Shown: piece by piece, positions 9,818 to 19,618 of the stretch
Layout: every line of letters begins with the position of its first letter
Position numbering within the stretch: position 1 is the stretch's first letter
NCBI GenBank assembly: GCA_002389045.1
Contig: DGNS01000009.1
Coordinates: forward strand, 381,975-445,974
Source: Thiotrichaceae bacterium UBA4486
GTDB lineage: Bacteria; Pseudomonadota; Gammaproteobacteria; Eutrophobiales; Eutrophobiaceae
Direction of reading: 5' to 3'
DNA length: 64,000 nt
Translations under genes and position numbers: made by a program
Notes under the pieces: generated by a model
Database searches by the model: none
What the model was told of the DNA's origin: nothing
What the model saw: only the letters and a program-made list of their open reading frames with translations

Positions 9818-10614
9818 GCCACGAGATCGTGCTGCTTGATGGAATGCTGTTTATCGGTCCAGTGCAACAGTTCCATGCTGCCCTGGTGTGTTTCCACCAG
9901 CGCCGTGCAACTCTCCACCCAGTCGCCGCAGTTGCAATACACCATATTATCGAGGCGTGTTATCTCGGCGCGATGGATATGACCGGATATAACTCCATCA
10001 ACACCGTGGGTCATGGCTTCATGAACCAGTGCGGCCTCAAAATTACTGATGTACTTTACCGCTTCCTTGACCTGGTGTTTCAGCATATTGGACAGCGACC
10101 AGTAGGACAGCCCGCAGCGGCGGCGAATGACATTTACCCAGGTATTGGCTTTCAGCAGAACCTCGTACAATGCACTGCCCAGCAGCGCCAGCATTTTCGA
10201 ATTGGTAACCACCCCGTCAAACTGGTCGCCGTGGATGACCAGGAAACGCTTGCCGCAGCGGGTTTCGTGTATGGCTTCATCGACGAGGGTAAGATTACCG
10301 AAACTCATACCGGAAAAATCCCTGAGCAGTTCATCGTGGTTTCCGGTAACGTAAATGATCCGGGTGCCGTGCTTGGCCTTGCCGAGCAGTGTGCGAATGA
10401 CATCGTTATGCGCCTGCGGCCAGTGCAGTTTGCGTTTCATCTGCCAGATATCGATGATGTCACCGACAAGGTACAGGTAATCACAGCGGGTGGAACGCAG
10501 AAAATCCAGCAGATAACCGGCGCTGCATCCGGGAAAACCCAGGTGCACATCAGAGATGAATATGGAACGGTAGTAGGTGGGCTCGATCCTGTGAATGTTC
10601 TTCATAAGATCCAC
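9814..10614 (-). CDS. LpxH-family metallophosphoesterase (UDP-2,3-diacylglucosamine diphosphatase-like)
   Basis: ISDVHLG, GDIIDIW, GNHDE, GHIH calcineurin-like motifs in LpxH order; translationally coupled to the GT4 gene. Confidence 0.7.
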   Translation of the reverse strand: MDLMKNIHRIEPTYYRSIFISDVHLGFPGCSAGYLLDFLRSTRCDYLYLVGDIIDIWQMKRKLHWPQAHNDVIRTLLGKAKHGTRIIYVTGNHDELLRDFSGMSFGNLTLVDEAIHETRCGKRFLVIHGDQFDGVVTNSKMLALLGSALYEVLLKANTWVNVIRRRCGLSYWSLSNMLKHQVKEAVKYISNFEAALVHEAMTHGVDGVISGHIHRAEITRLDNMVYCNCGDWVESCTALVETHQGSMELLHWTDKQHSIKQHDLVA

Positions 10615-10797
10615 GCAAGTGAAAGTTCACGCGAAGTCTTATCAAAAAATATGACAATTCAATTCAAAACACATGACATTTTTATGAAAAATACCTGATC
10701 ACAAAGGGAAAAAACCCTATATCAATCGTGTCATTAAACAGTAAATTTATCAGGCTAGACTGATATACCCGGCTGGAAGAAACACAGGTAATGCATC

Positions 10798-11001
10798 ATG
10801 ATTGATACCGCTGAAGAGAACATTCTTTTATCCATAAGTCAGAGTGAACGCCTGAGCATGCTGGAAGCACGACGCCTGCTGGAGCTTCGCCGCAGGTACC
10901 CCACAAGGCCTGCCATCGATCTGTTAAACAACAATAGCGAATGCCGGGATGCGACCCGAACCTGCAAGGCCAGACCTGCCCGACAAATGATTGATGACTG
11001 A
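10798..11001 (+). CDS. hypothetical small protein (67 aa), uncertain
   Basis: only + strand ORF in the 395-nt gap between divergent/convergent neighbours; helical, Arg-rich; weak RBS; no family recognised. Confidence 0.25.
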   Translation: MIDTAEENILLSISQSERLSMLEARRLLELRRRYPTRPAIDLLNNNSECRDATRTCKARPARQMIDD

Positions 11002-11009
11002 GCACAGAA

Positions 11010-11570
11010 TCAGGGTAGTTCCGTCGTCAGTTCGATCGCATTACGCCGGGTGCTGACCGGGTCCTCGTCGGCATAACCGTACCAGATCAGACCAACCACC
11101 TCTTCGACTTCCCGGTCCACCCAGACAAGATCATAAAAGCGATCAGCGCGGATGACTTCCCCGGTGGTCCATTTCATACCAATACCATGCAACCAGAGCA
11201 CCAGTGACAGGTTATGTATCACACAACAGCAAGCTGCGTAATCCTCTTTGGCAAGCAGCGAATCATTTGATTTCTGGCAGGTCACCACCAGCCAGCCGGG
11301 AACCTGTAACCATTTCTCGAGTTTCATGCGGCCGGCCTCTTCGCCTTTGGCAGCGCTGACCAGTTCCGCATTCAGGCGGCAAACCTGTTCGCGGGTATCG
11401 GCACCCAGCAGGTAAAAGCGCCAGGGTTCGGTAAGGTGATGATTGGGCGCCCACACCGCGGTATCAATCGCATCGCGAATCACATCAGTAGGTACCGGCT
11501 GCGGTTTGAACCGGTTGATTGAACGCCGGTTCCTGATCAGTGTTTCAATGTTATGCTTGTCACTGCTCAT
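11010..11570 (-). CDS. nitroreductase family protein
   Basis: RRSINRFKPQPVPTDVIRDAIDTAVWAPNHHLTEPWRFYLL nitroreductase signature. Confidence 0.8.
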   Translation of the reverse strand: MSSDKHNIETLIRNRRSINRFKPQPVPTDVIRDAIDTAVWAPNHHLTEPWRFYLLGADTREQVCRLNAELVSAAKGEEAGRMKLEKWLQVPGWLVVTCQKSNDSLLAKEDYAACCCVIHNLSLVLWLHGIGMKWTTGEVIRADRFYDLVWVDREVEEVVGLIWYGYADEDPVSTRRNAIELTTELP

Positions 11571-11596
11571 GATGTCATGACCTCGTATTGCAAATT

Positions 11597-13564
11597 CTAT
11601 TTGCCGCTGTTCTTTCTGGCTTCGCGGATCTTGCGCAGGGCTTTCTGCAAACCTTCATTGTCCGGTGAGATTTCCAGCGCTTCACGCACGTAATTCTCGG
11701 CCAGTTCGAATTCTCCCGCTTCCAGCGCTTGTTTCAGGTTTCGTTCAAAATTTCGTGCCATGCGTCTGGCCAGGTTACGGGCATCCTGGTCGTCCGGATT
11801 TCTGCTCAGCATCTCCCTTATTTGCAACAGCATACTGCGTTCCTGTTCCGTCATCAGCGAGGTGCGGTCCTGCTCCACCACCGAAGGCAAGTCACCCTGC
11901 GATTGTGTTGATTCTGCTTGTGCAGGCTCCGGACGGTTCTGACGTGACGCCGCGGCTACAGCGGCCCGCATGCGTTGCCGGGCATCATCCAGTCCGGAGT
12001 GAGACGGTTCAACATCGACCGCCTTGCCGAGGTAATTGCGGGCCTGGATCCAGTCCTCACGCATGAGTGCCGCATCCATCAATTCGATGTATTTGCCGGC
12101 AACCGTGTACAGCCCGGTGGCGGCCTCACGGTTTTCCGGCTCGAGCCCCAGCACCTGTTGATATTTTTCCACGGCATTGTTGCCTTCGGGACTGGTCAGG
12201 CGCAGTGCCTCGATATCCTGCCCGGCCACCCGCAGAAGCCGGGCAATCCGGTTCTCTGTGTCTGCGGCGGATTGCGTATCGGTGCTCTCTTCCCCGTCCG
12301 GCGACGACACTGTTGTAGCAGAGGTGCTGTCGGGCAACACGGTCGGAGTTGATCGGTCCGACCCGGCTTCCGCCTGTTGTTGTGGCTGCGGAGTGACCGG
12401 TTTTTGCGGATCTTGCCGGGCATTATGAACGAGTACTGCCAGCAACAGCACTGCAAGCAGGCTGATCCCCCACTTCAGTTTCCGGTGTGTGACGGGCGCA
12501 ACATGCGGCGTTGCCGGTGCCGGTGCCGGTGCCGACGCCGGTTCATCAGCACCGGTGGATACATTGCCGGTAGATTCGAACTGAAAGGTTTCACCCGCGT
12601 TGACCGCAGCCGCGGGCGTGGCTTCCGTCGCAGCATCACCATTCGGATACAGCGGCAGCGTTGCGGCTTCTGAATCCGCGCTAACGCCCGTAAATTCACT
12701 GCGCCATGCGGCAATATCCTGCGGGCGGTCATCGGCCCTGAAGCACAGCGCGTGATCGACAGCGTGCAGAAACGCCTTGCTGAAACCGGCCGGCATAATC
12801 TCCACGGCCGGCACCAGAATGTCCTTGCCGGCGTGCAGCAAGGCCTCACTGCGATCCACGGCATTCGGCGGTGAGCGGCCAACCGTGGCGCGATACAGGG
12901 TGGCGCCCAGTCCGTAGATATCCGTCCACGGTCCCTGCTTGTCACTCTTGCTGACGTATTGTTCAAACGGCGCGAAACCCGGTGAAACCATGGTGGTCAG
13001 CGTCCGTGTCTGCTGGCCGAGCGCCTGGCGCGCCGAACCGAAATCCAGCAGCACCGGTGTGCCGTCCTCGCGCTGGTAAATATTGGCCGGCTTGATGTCG
13101 CGATGAATGAAGCCCATGGCATGGACTTGTTCCAGACCGTCCAGCAAAGGCATGATCAATTGCCGCTGTTCCGCCTCGGGCAACATGCCGCGTTCTTTCA
13201 ACACATCATGCAGGGCACGGCCCTGCTCGTATTCCATGACCATGTAGGCGGTATTGTTGTCGGTGAATACCGTCAGCACCCTGACAATATTCGGGTGCTT
13301 GAAGCGGGCCAGTGTTCTGGCTTCCTTGATGAAGCGATCCAGTCCCCAGGCGTATTGATCACCGTGCTCGCCGGAGACCGGATGCACCGAGTCATCGTCC
13401 TCCCTGAACGCCAGTTCCGTCGGCAGGTATTCCTTGATCGCGACCCGCTGGTTGAGATTGGTATCATCAGCCAGGTAGGTAATGCCGAAACCGCCCTGTC
13501 CGAGGACGTCACGAACCACATACCAGTGCAGCTTGTAGCCGGACGGCAGCGAATGTCTGGCCAT
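11597..13564 (-). CDS. serine/threonine protein kinase with central TM segment and C-terminal TPR-like periplasmic region
   Basis: GQGGFG P-loop, AIKEY, HRDIKPANI, DFGSA, APE-like motifs; hydrophobic WGISLLAVLLLAVLV; C-terminal helical repeats. Confidence 0.8.
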   Translation of the reverse strand: MARHSLPSGYKLHWYVVRDVLGQGGFGITYLADDTNLNQRVAIKEYLPTELAFREDDDSVHPVSGEHGDQYAWGLDRFIKEARTLARFKHPNIVRVLTVFTDNNTAYMVMEYEQGRALHDVLKERGMLPEAEQRQLIMPLLDGLEQVHAMGFIHRDIKPANIYQREDGTPVLLDFGSARQALGQQTRTLTTMVSPGFAPFEQYVSKSDKQGPWTDIYGLGATLYRATVGRSPPNAVDRSEALLHAGKDILVPAVEIMPAGFSKAFLHAVDHALCFRADDRPQDIAAWRSEFTGVSADSEAATLPLYPNGDAATEATPAAAVNAGETFQFESTGNVSTGADEPASAPAPAPATPHVAPVTHRKLKWGISLLAVLLLAVLVHNARQDPQKPVTPQPQQQAEAGSDRSTPTVLPDSTSATTVSSPDGEESTDTQSAADTENRIARLLRVAGQDIEALRLTSPEGNNAVEKYQQVLGLEPENREAATGLYTVAGKYIELMDAALMREDWIQARNYLGKAVDVEPSHSGLDDARQRMRAAVAAASRQNRPEPAQAESTQSQGDLPSVVEQDRTSLMTEQERSMLLQIREMLSRNPDDQDARNLARRMARNFERNLKQALEAGEFELAENYVREALEISPDNEGLQKALRKIREARKNSGK

Positions 13565-13568
13565 AGGC

Positions 13569-14561
13569 TCAGGTCTTGCCCATGTCCAGCACCGCGGCGC
13601 CGGTCAGACGCCCGGCACGCAGATCGTCCATGGCCTCATTGGCCTGTCGCAGGCTGTAGCGGCTGACCTCGGTATGAATGGCCATGTCACACAGCAGTTG
13701 CATGAATTCCTCACCGTCCCTGCGGGTAAGATTGGCTACCGACTGGATGCGCCGCTCGCCCCAGAGAATGGCGTAGGGAAACGCCGGGATATCCGACATG
13801 TGAATACCCGCGCAGACAACCACACCGCCCTTTTTAACCGCTTTCAGGGCCGCCGGAACCAGCTCGCCCACGGGCGCGTAGATGATGGCTGCATCCAGGG
13901 ATTCGGGTGCGGGTTCACCGGCATTGCCGGCCCAGACCGCCCCCAACTGGCGGGCGAACGCCTGGGCGCGGGTATCGCCATCACGGGTGAAGGCGTATAT
14001 TTCTCGGCCCTGCTGCCGGGCAATCTGGCTGATGATATGGGCGGCCGCGCCAAATCCATAGATCCCCAGCCTGCGGGCTGCACCTGTCATTCGATAGGAT
14101 CGATAACCGATCAATCCGGCGCACATGAACGGCGCCGTGGCTATCGGATCGGCATGCGGGGGAACGGGCAAGGCAAAACGGGGGCTGGCAAGCGTATACT
14201 CGGCAAAACCACCGTTGACGTGATAGCCGGTAAATTGCGCCTCATCACAGAGATTTTCCCTGCCGGAGCGGCAGAATTCACACACACCGCAGGTCCGGGC
14301 CAGCCATGGTACGCCGACGGTATCGCCGACGGCCATGCCTGTGACATCCCCGCCGATCCCGGCGACGGTGCCGATGATCTCGTGCCCGGGGATCACGGGC
14401 AGCATCTGCTCCGGTAAATCGCCGTCGCAGATATGCAGATCGGTCCGGCATACGGCACAGGCCTGGACCTGGATCAGGATCTCGTCCGGCCCGCAGGCCG
14501 GTGTTGATAACTCTTTAAAAACCAGTGGCTTATGGATTTCTTCCAGAACCATGGCCCGCAT
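13569..14561 (-). CDS. zinc-dependent alcohol dehydrogenase (AdhP-like)
   Basis: CAVCRTDLH, GHEIIG, structural-Zn CGVCEFCRSGRENLC, GxGxxG region; 4 nt upstream of the kinase gene on the same strand. Confidence 0.85.
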   Translation of the reverse strand: MRAMVLEEIHKPLVFKELSTPACGPDEILIQVQACAVCRTDLHICDGDLPEQMLPVIPGHEIIGTVAGIGGDVTGMAVGDTVGVPWLARTCGVCEFCRSGRENLCDEAQFTGYHVNGGFAEYTLASPRFALPVPPHADPIATAPFMCAGLIGYRSYRMTGAARRLGIYGFGAAAHIISQIARQQGREIYAFTRDGDTRAQAFARQLGAVWAGNAGEPAPESLDAAIIYAPVGELVPAALKAVKKGGVVVCAGIHMSDIPAFPYAILWGERRIQSVANLTRRDGEEFMQLLCDMAIHTEVSRYSLRQANEAMDDLRAGRLTGAAVLDMGKT

Positions 14562-14691
14562 GGGGAGTTCTCCTGTTTAATCCGGGGCAAATGGATTATT
14601 ACAGCGATCGCGCCGCGGACACAATGCCTCAAGCTTCAGCCATCCCGGCCGATACCTGTCGGAGAAGTCGACTTTCGACAGGAGGATAAGC

Positions 14692-15093
14692 ATGAAAAAA
14701 ATCCCGAACAGTCATACAGAACCGGAACAACTCTCCTCGGTTACCGCCCTGACCCATTTACTGGCGATGAACACGATGATGGAAGCCGCCCGGGCCGGCC
14801 GTGAGGCCAGGGGCTTTGCCGCCGTGGCCGGGGAAATCCAGGACCTCTCCCGCAAAACCAACCAGTCATTCGCACGCGGCGGGATCCCCGGATTATCTGA
14901 CATCAAACTGGATCAGGATGATCTCGATATGGCCGTTCATGATCAACTGAATGCGCTGGAAGAACTCAACACCACCCAGGGTTCCATTACCCGGATCAAC
15001 AACGGCACCCGCGGCGGCAGAGATCTGCCGATCCGTGATCTGAATCACCTGTACCAGTTGCTTTGCCACGATCAGGGTAACGAATCCGCCTGA
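14692..15093 (+). CDS. small protein containing only a methyl-accepting-chemotaxis-protein hairpin-tip segment ('mini-MCP'), otherwise unknown
   Basis: LLAMNTMMEAARAGREARGFAAVAGEIQDLSRKT matches the invariant MCP tip ([30 protein letters not shown]); strong RBS GGAGG 6 nt upstream; no sensor, HAMP or methylation helices. Confidence 0.5.
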   Translation: MKKIPNSHTEPEQLSSVTALTHLLAMNTMMEAARAGREARGFAAVAGEIQDLSRKTNQSFARGGIPGLSDIKLDQDDLDMAVHDQLNALEELNTTQGSITRINNGTRGGRDLPIRDLNHLYQLLCHDQGNESA

Positions 15094-15388
15094 GCGGCTG
15101 CTGATGACCCGGTTGTTTCTCCGGAGATTTTGACCATCAAACAACCCGGCCAGGATTCATCGGCCGGGTGATGTGCGGTATTCCCTGCTGTCACGCCCAC
15201 TCCCCACGGCTTTAGAGTCACTGCCCTGAAACCGCCCGCTTCAGCCACCGGGTGTATCGCAGTTACCGGCTTCGATAACTACAGCGGGCGCTCCTTCTCC
15301 GATACAATGAAGTGAGTTGCGGATTTCAGGAGGCATCGGAACCTGGTGTCCGCCTGTTAACGAAATCGAATAATTCGGAGACACCATC

Positions 15389-15856
15389 ATGGCAATTGAA
15401 GAAGGCAAACGCGCACCGGCATTCACCCTTGTAAATCAAAGCGGCGAAAAAGTATCTCTGAAGTCATTGCAGGGCAAACACGTCATCGTCTATTTCTATC
15501 CTAAAGATGACACCCCCGGTTGTACTAAAGAAGCCTGCGGTTTTCGCGATGCCTGGAAGGACATTCAGAAAACCGGTGCCGTCGTTCTCGGTATATCACC
15601 GGATGATCAGGCGTCGCACAGGAAATTCATCAGCAAATACAAATTGCCGTTCCAGTTGCTCAGCGACCCGGATAAAAAAGTCATGAGCAAATACGAAGCC
15701 TACGGCGAGAAAATGATGTACGGGAAAAAAGTCGAGGGCGTGATTCGTTCCACGGTCTGGATCGGTCCGGATGGCAAGGTCATCAAACACTGGCGCAGGG
15801 TTCCGAAAGCGGCCGATCATCCGGACAAGGTTCTGCAAGCCCTGCAGAATGCCTGA
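15389..15856 (+). CDS. bcp: thiol peroxidase Bcp (peroxiredoxin Q)
   Basis: FYPKDDTPGCTKEAC peroxidatic Cys motif, 155 aa. Confidence 0.9.
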   Translation: MAIEEGKRAPAFTLVNQSGEKVSLKSLQGKHVIVYFYPKDDTPGCTKEACGFRDAWKDIQKTGAVVLGISPDDQASHRKFISKYKLPFQLLSDPDKKVMSKYEAYGEKMMYGKKVEGVIRSTVWIGPDGKVIKHWRRVPKAADHPDKVLQALQNA

Positions 15857-15858
15857 TC

Positions 15859-16347
15859 ATGAGTCGCTGGCGGGAACGCGGTCCGGCGCCCTCGCCCTAC
15901 ATCACCGCGGAGGGGTACCGGCAACTGGAGCAGGAATGCAAATCACTGTGGCAAAAACGTGAACAGGTACGCCAGGCGGTTGCCGCGGCCGCCGCCGAAG
16001 GCGACCGATCCGAGAACGCCGAATACATTTACCGCAAGAAACAATTACGGGAAATCGACCGGCGTATCGCCTACCTGCAAAAACGCCTGCCCGAACTCAA
16101 TGTCCCTGCAGCAACGCCGGATAGCGACCGCGTCTTTTTCAGCGCCACGGTGACGCTGGAAGATGATGCCGGTAACCGCTTTCAGTACCGCATCGTCGGG
16201 CCGGATGAAATCGGCCGGGATGATGGCTGGATCAGCGTGGATTCACCGCTGGCGCGCACCCTGCTTGGCAAATGCACGGACGATGAGGTCTGTCTGCGTA
16301 CCCGCAAGGGCGAAGCCCGCTATATAATCCTCTGCATCACCTACTGA
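15859..16347 (+). CDS. greB: transcription elongation factor GreB
   Basis: ITAEGYRQLEQE..., GDRSENAEY, YRKKQLREIDRRIAYLQK closely parallels E. coli GreB. Confidence 0.8.
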   Translation: MSRWRERGPAPSPYITAEGYRQLEQECKSLWQKREQVRQAVAAAAAEGDRSENAEYIYRKKQLREIDRRIAYLQKRLPELNVPAATPDSDRVFFSATVTLEDDAGNRFQYRIVGPDEIGRDDGWISVDSPLARTLLGKCTDDEVCLRTRKGEARYIILCITY

Positions 16348-16353
16348 ACCACC

Positions 16354-16878
16354 ATGCTACAGTACCTGGAAATCTACCTGCTTGTATCGGGATTACCCGC
16401 TGTCTGGGCAATTGTTATCTACAATCTGCTGGTGCGCGATAAAAACCGGGTGCTCACCGCCTGGAGTGATATCGATGTGCAGCTCAAGCGCCGCCACGAC
16501 CTGATTCCGAAACTGGTGGAGGCGGTGAAACACTATGCCGACTATGAAAGCACCATGCTCACACACATCACTGAACTCAGACAACAAAGCGAAACCGTGG
16601 CCGACATCGCCAGAAAGGGTGAAGTAGAACAGGAACTCGCCGGGACCGTGAACAAGCTGCTGGCCATTGCCGAGGATTATCCGGATCTCAAGGCCAGCGC
16701 ATCCTACCTGGATTTACAACGGAATCTGACTGACGTCGAGCAGCAGTTGCAGTATGCCCGGCGCTATTACAATGGCGCGGTGCGCAACCTGAATATCCGC
16801 ATCGAATCCTTTCCCGATATGCTGGTGGCACGACTGTTTGGTTATCGACAGGCGCAGTTTTTCCAGTACGAGAACTGA
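16354..16878 (+). CDS. LemA family protein
   Basis: N-terminal TM then LemA motifs ([19 protein letters not shown]...[21 protein letters not shown]). Confidence 0.85.
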   Translation: MLQYLEIYLLVSGLPAVWAIVIYNLLVRDKNRVLTAWSDIDVQLKRRHDLIPKLVEAVKHYADYESTMLTHITELRQQSETVADIARKGEVEQELAGTVNKLLAIAEDYPDLKASASYLDLQRNLTDVEQQLQYARRYYNGAVRNLNIRIESFPDMLVARLFGYRQAQFFQYEN

Positions 16879-16879
16879 G

Positions 16880-18793
16880 ATGAAAACATTGACGCTCATC
16901 ACTTCTGCGTTGTCGGCTTTGCTGTTGTCAGTTTCCTGTTTTGCCGCGGAAGAAATTCTTCAATTTCACAGTAACATTGATGTCTACGAAAACGCGGAGA
17001 TGCAGGTCACCGAGCAGATCACCGTCAACGCCGAAGGCAGGAAGATCAAGCGCGGGATCTACCGGGATTTTCCCACTGAATACAGGGACCGGATGAACAA
17101 TCGCTACCGTGTCGGTTTTGAAATCGAGTCCGTATCGCGCAATGATTACCGCGAGGATTACCATACGAGTGTGCTGGATAACGGTATTCGCATCTACTTC
17201 GGTCACAAGAACCGAACGCTGGCTCCCGGTAAACACAAATACAGCCTGCGCTACAGAACCAATCGTCAGCTCGGTTTCTTTGACGATCACGACGAACTCT
17301 ACTGGAACGTGACCGGCACCGACTGGGATTTTCCCATTCGCAAGGCCAGTGCACGGGTACGTCTGCCCGACGGCATACCGGCCGGTGAGATCAGCGTCGA
17401 AGCCTACACCGGCCCGCAGGGCGCCAAGGGACAGAACTACCGGGCTGAAGTGCGTGGGGATGGCCTGGTCTATTTCGAAACCACCCGTGCCCTGCCGAAA
17501 CAACATGGCCTGACCATCGTGGTCAGCTTTCCCAAAGGCTACATCGATGAACCCACTACCGGGGAACAACTGCAATACCTGCTCGATGATAACCGCGGCG
17601 CTCTCCATGCGCTGATCGGCCTGCTGGTCGTGATCGCATATTACTGGCTGGCCTGGTTGAAAGCCGGCCGGGATCCGGAAGCCGGTGTCATCATTACCCG
17701 GTACACGCCGCCGAATGGCTATTCACCGGCATCCATGCGCTTTATCGAAAAGATGGGCTATGACAATAGCTGTTTCGCCGTGGCGCTGGTCAATCTTGCC
17801 GTCAAGGGTTACCTGGAAATCCGCGAGATATCCGGGAATACATTCCAGCTCCGCAAAAAACCGGATGCCGTGGTAACCATGGCGCCGGGGGAAAATGCCC
17901 TGGCCGGGGCGCTGTTTGACAAGCGCACACAAATCGATATGGAACAGGAAAATCATTCCGCATTCCGTGCGGCGAAGGCGGCACACAAGGCATCGTTGAA
18001 GCAGGACTATGAAAAAATATATTTTCTCACCAACCGATCATTCTTCATCATCGGCGTCTTGATCACTATCCTCGTGCTGGTGACCGCCATCGCGGCAGCC
18101 GGCAGCAGTTTCGCTCCGGGTGCGATATTTCTGCTGGTCTGGCTGACCGGCTGGACCTTCGGCGTTATTTTCCTGCTCAAGAACGCGTGGCTGCAATGGC
18201 AAAAAGTCAGTCAAAGTCCGTTATATATCATTCCGGCGATTTTCATCACGGCCTTCGCCCTGCCCTTTATCGGCGCGGAGTTGTTTGTCATGCAGGAACT
18301 GGCGAAACTGACTTCGCTGACCCTGATCATCATTTTCCTGCTGACCATACTGGTCAACTGGCTGTTTTACGAGTTGCTGAAAGCGCCAACCCGCGCCGGG
18401 CGTGAACTGCTGGATCACATCGAGGGTTTTCGTCACTACATCGAGGTCGCCGAAAAAAATGAACTGGAAGCAAGGTATGCCCCGGAAAAAACCCCGGAAC
18501 GTTTCGAGGCGTATCTGCCATACGCCATGGCCCTGGGCGTGGAAACGCAGTGGGCCAATATCTTCTCCGGTGCGTTTCGGGATCTGGAGAGCCAGGGCCA
18601 GACCTATCATCCGCGGTGGTATCACGGGACGCGCTGGAATATGCACCACATCGGAGATTTCACCTCGGGCATGAGTTCATCCCTGTCCGGTGCAGTGGCC
18701 TCATCCTCCACGGCCCCGGGCTCATCCTCCGGCAGCGGCGGTGGCGGTTCTTCCGGTGGCGGTGGTGGTGGCGGTGGTGGCGGCGGCTGGTAA
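16880..18793 (+). CDS. DUF2207-family membrane protein with poly-Gly/Ser C-terminal tail
   Basis: signal peptide [22 protein letters not shown], large extracytoplasmic domain, TM cluster, C-terminus [18 protein letters not shown]; classic partner of LemA. Confidence 0.8.
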   Translation: MKTLTLITSALSALLLSVSCFAAEEILQFHSNIDVYENAEMQVTEQITVNAEGRKIKRGIYRDFPTEYRDRMNNRYRVGFEIESVSRNDYREDYHTSVLDNGIRIYFGHKNRTLAPGKHKYSLRYRTNRQLGFFDDHDELYWNVTGTDWDFPIRKASARVRLPDGIPAGEISVEAYTGPQGAKGQNYRAEVRGDGLVYFETTRALPKQHGLTIVVSFPKGYIDEPTTGEQLQYLLDDNRGALHALIGLLVVIAYYWLAWLKAGRDPEAGVIITRYTPPNGYSPASMRFIEKMGYDNSCFAVALVNLAVKGYLEIREISGNTFQLRKKPDAVVTMAPGENALAGALFDKRTQIDMEQENHSAFRAAKAAHKASLKQDYEKIYFLTNRSFFIIGVLITILVLVTAIAAAGSSFAPGAIFLLVWLTGWTFGVIFLLKNAWLQWQKVSQSPLYIIPAIFITAFALPFIGAELFVMQELAKLTSLTLIIIFLLTILVNWLFYELLKAPTRAGRELLDHIEGFRHYIEVAEKNELEARYAPEKTPERFEAYLPYAMALGVETQWANIFSGAFRDLESQGQTYHPRWYHGTRWNMHHIGDFTSGMSSSLSGAVASSSTAPGSSSGSGGGGSSGGGGGGGGGGGW

Positions 18794-18799
18794 GGCGAT

Positions 18800-18973
18800 A
18801 TGAACCAGAAGACAAACAGAACCATCAAACTGCCACCACGACCGCGTGAACCGGATCCGTCCGAATGCTGCGGACGCGGCTGCGATCCCTGTGTCTACAC
18901 TTACTATGAACGGGCGCTGGAACGCTGGCATGAAAAAATTGCCAAACTGAAACAACACAATACCGGAGACTGA
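18800..18973 (+). CDS. small Cys-rich protein (57 aa) with Oxidored-like/CCxxGC motif; below the ORF-track length cut-off
   Basis: MNQKTNRTIKLPPRPREPDPSECCGRGCDPCVYTYYERALERW...; ATG 18800 preceded by AAGG; fills the gap between DUF2207 stop and cupin start. Confidence 0.45.
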   Translation: MNQKTNRTIKLPPRPREPDPSECCGRGCDPCVYTYYERALERWHEKIAKLKQHNTGD

Positions 18974-18982
18974 AGCGGAGTA

Positions 18983-19447
18983 ATGGCCATGAGCAAGCGT
19001 ACAATAGCTTTCCTGATCCTGATATTCGTCATTTTCCTTAACCCGGCCCGGGCCGGCGACAACGGCATCGTCGTGATCAAGACACCCGAGGAACTGATAT
19101 CAAAACAGAAACTGCCCTACTTTCACGGCATATCGGCTGCCAGCGCCGGTTCGAAGGTGCTGTCCATGAACCTGGTCATGATCCCACCCGGCGCTGAGGC
19201 CGAAGCTCATTACCATGACGGCTTCGAGTCGGCGGTTTACCTGATCCAGGGACGGGTGGAAACGCGCTACGGCAGTAACCTGGAACAAAGCGTCATCAAT
19301 GAAAGCGGTGATTTTATTTTCATCCCACCGAATGTCCCGCACCAGCCGCGTAATCTGAGTGACACGGAAACGGCAATCGCCATCGTTTCAAGAAATGATC
19401 CGAACGAGCAGGAGAGCGTGGTGCCTTATGAAGCTGACCGGGAATAA
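18983..19447 (+). CDS. secreted cupin-domain protein
   Basis: signal peptide FLILIFVIFLNPARA; cupin motifs HYHDGFESAVYLIQG ... GDFIFIPPNVPHQP. Confidence 0.75.
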   Translation: MAMSKRTIAFLILIFVIFLNPARAGDNGIVVIKTPEELISKQKLPYFHGISAASAGSKVLSMNLVMIPPGAEAEAHYHDGFESAVYLIQGRVETRYGSNLEQSVINESGDFIFIPPNVPHQPRNLSDTETAIAIVSRNDPNEQESVVPYEADRE

Positions 19448-19618
19448 CCCCGGGTACCGGCATGCAGTTACCCGGACTCAGAGGAAGTCCTGTTTTTTGT
19501 AGCCATCATTGTGAAGCCCATTGTCGTATGCCGTGTCATTCATCAGGGGCATCATTAAAAGATCAAGGTTAAACTGAGTGCCATTCTGATCTGAACTCAC
19601 CAATTTACAACTTTTTCA

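Noticed and set aside
16928-17608. 226-aa antisense ORF inside the DUF2207 gene; 10127-10698 and 9829-10698 antisense ORFs in the LpxH-like gene; 28296-31394 antisense ORFs in the giant PAS gene; 13103-14417 antisense ORFs in kinase/ADH genes
   Set aside because: All are opposite well-supported genes and lack any recognisable motif.
19448-19520. Possible terminator after the cupin gene (CCGGGTA-N12-TACCCGG hairpin)
   Set aside because: The T-run is ~20 nt away from the stem, so it is not a convincing intrinsic terminator.
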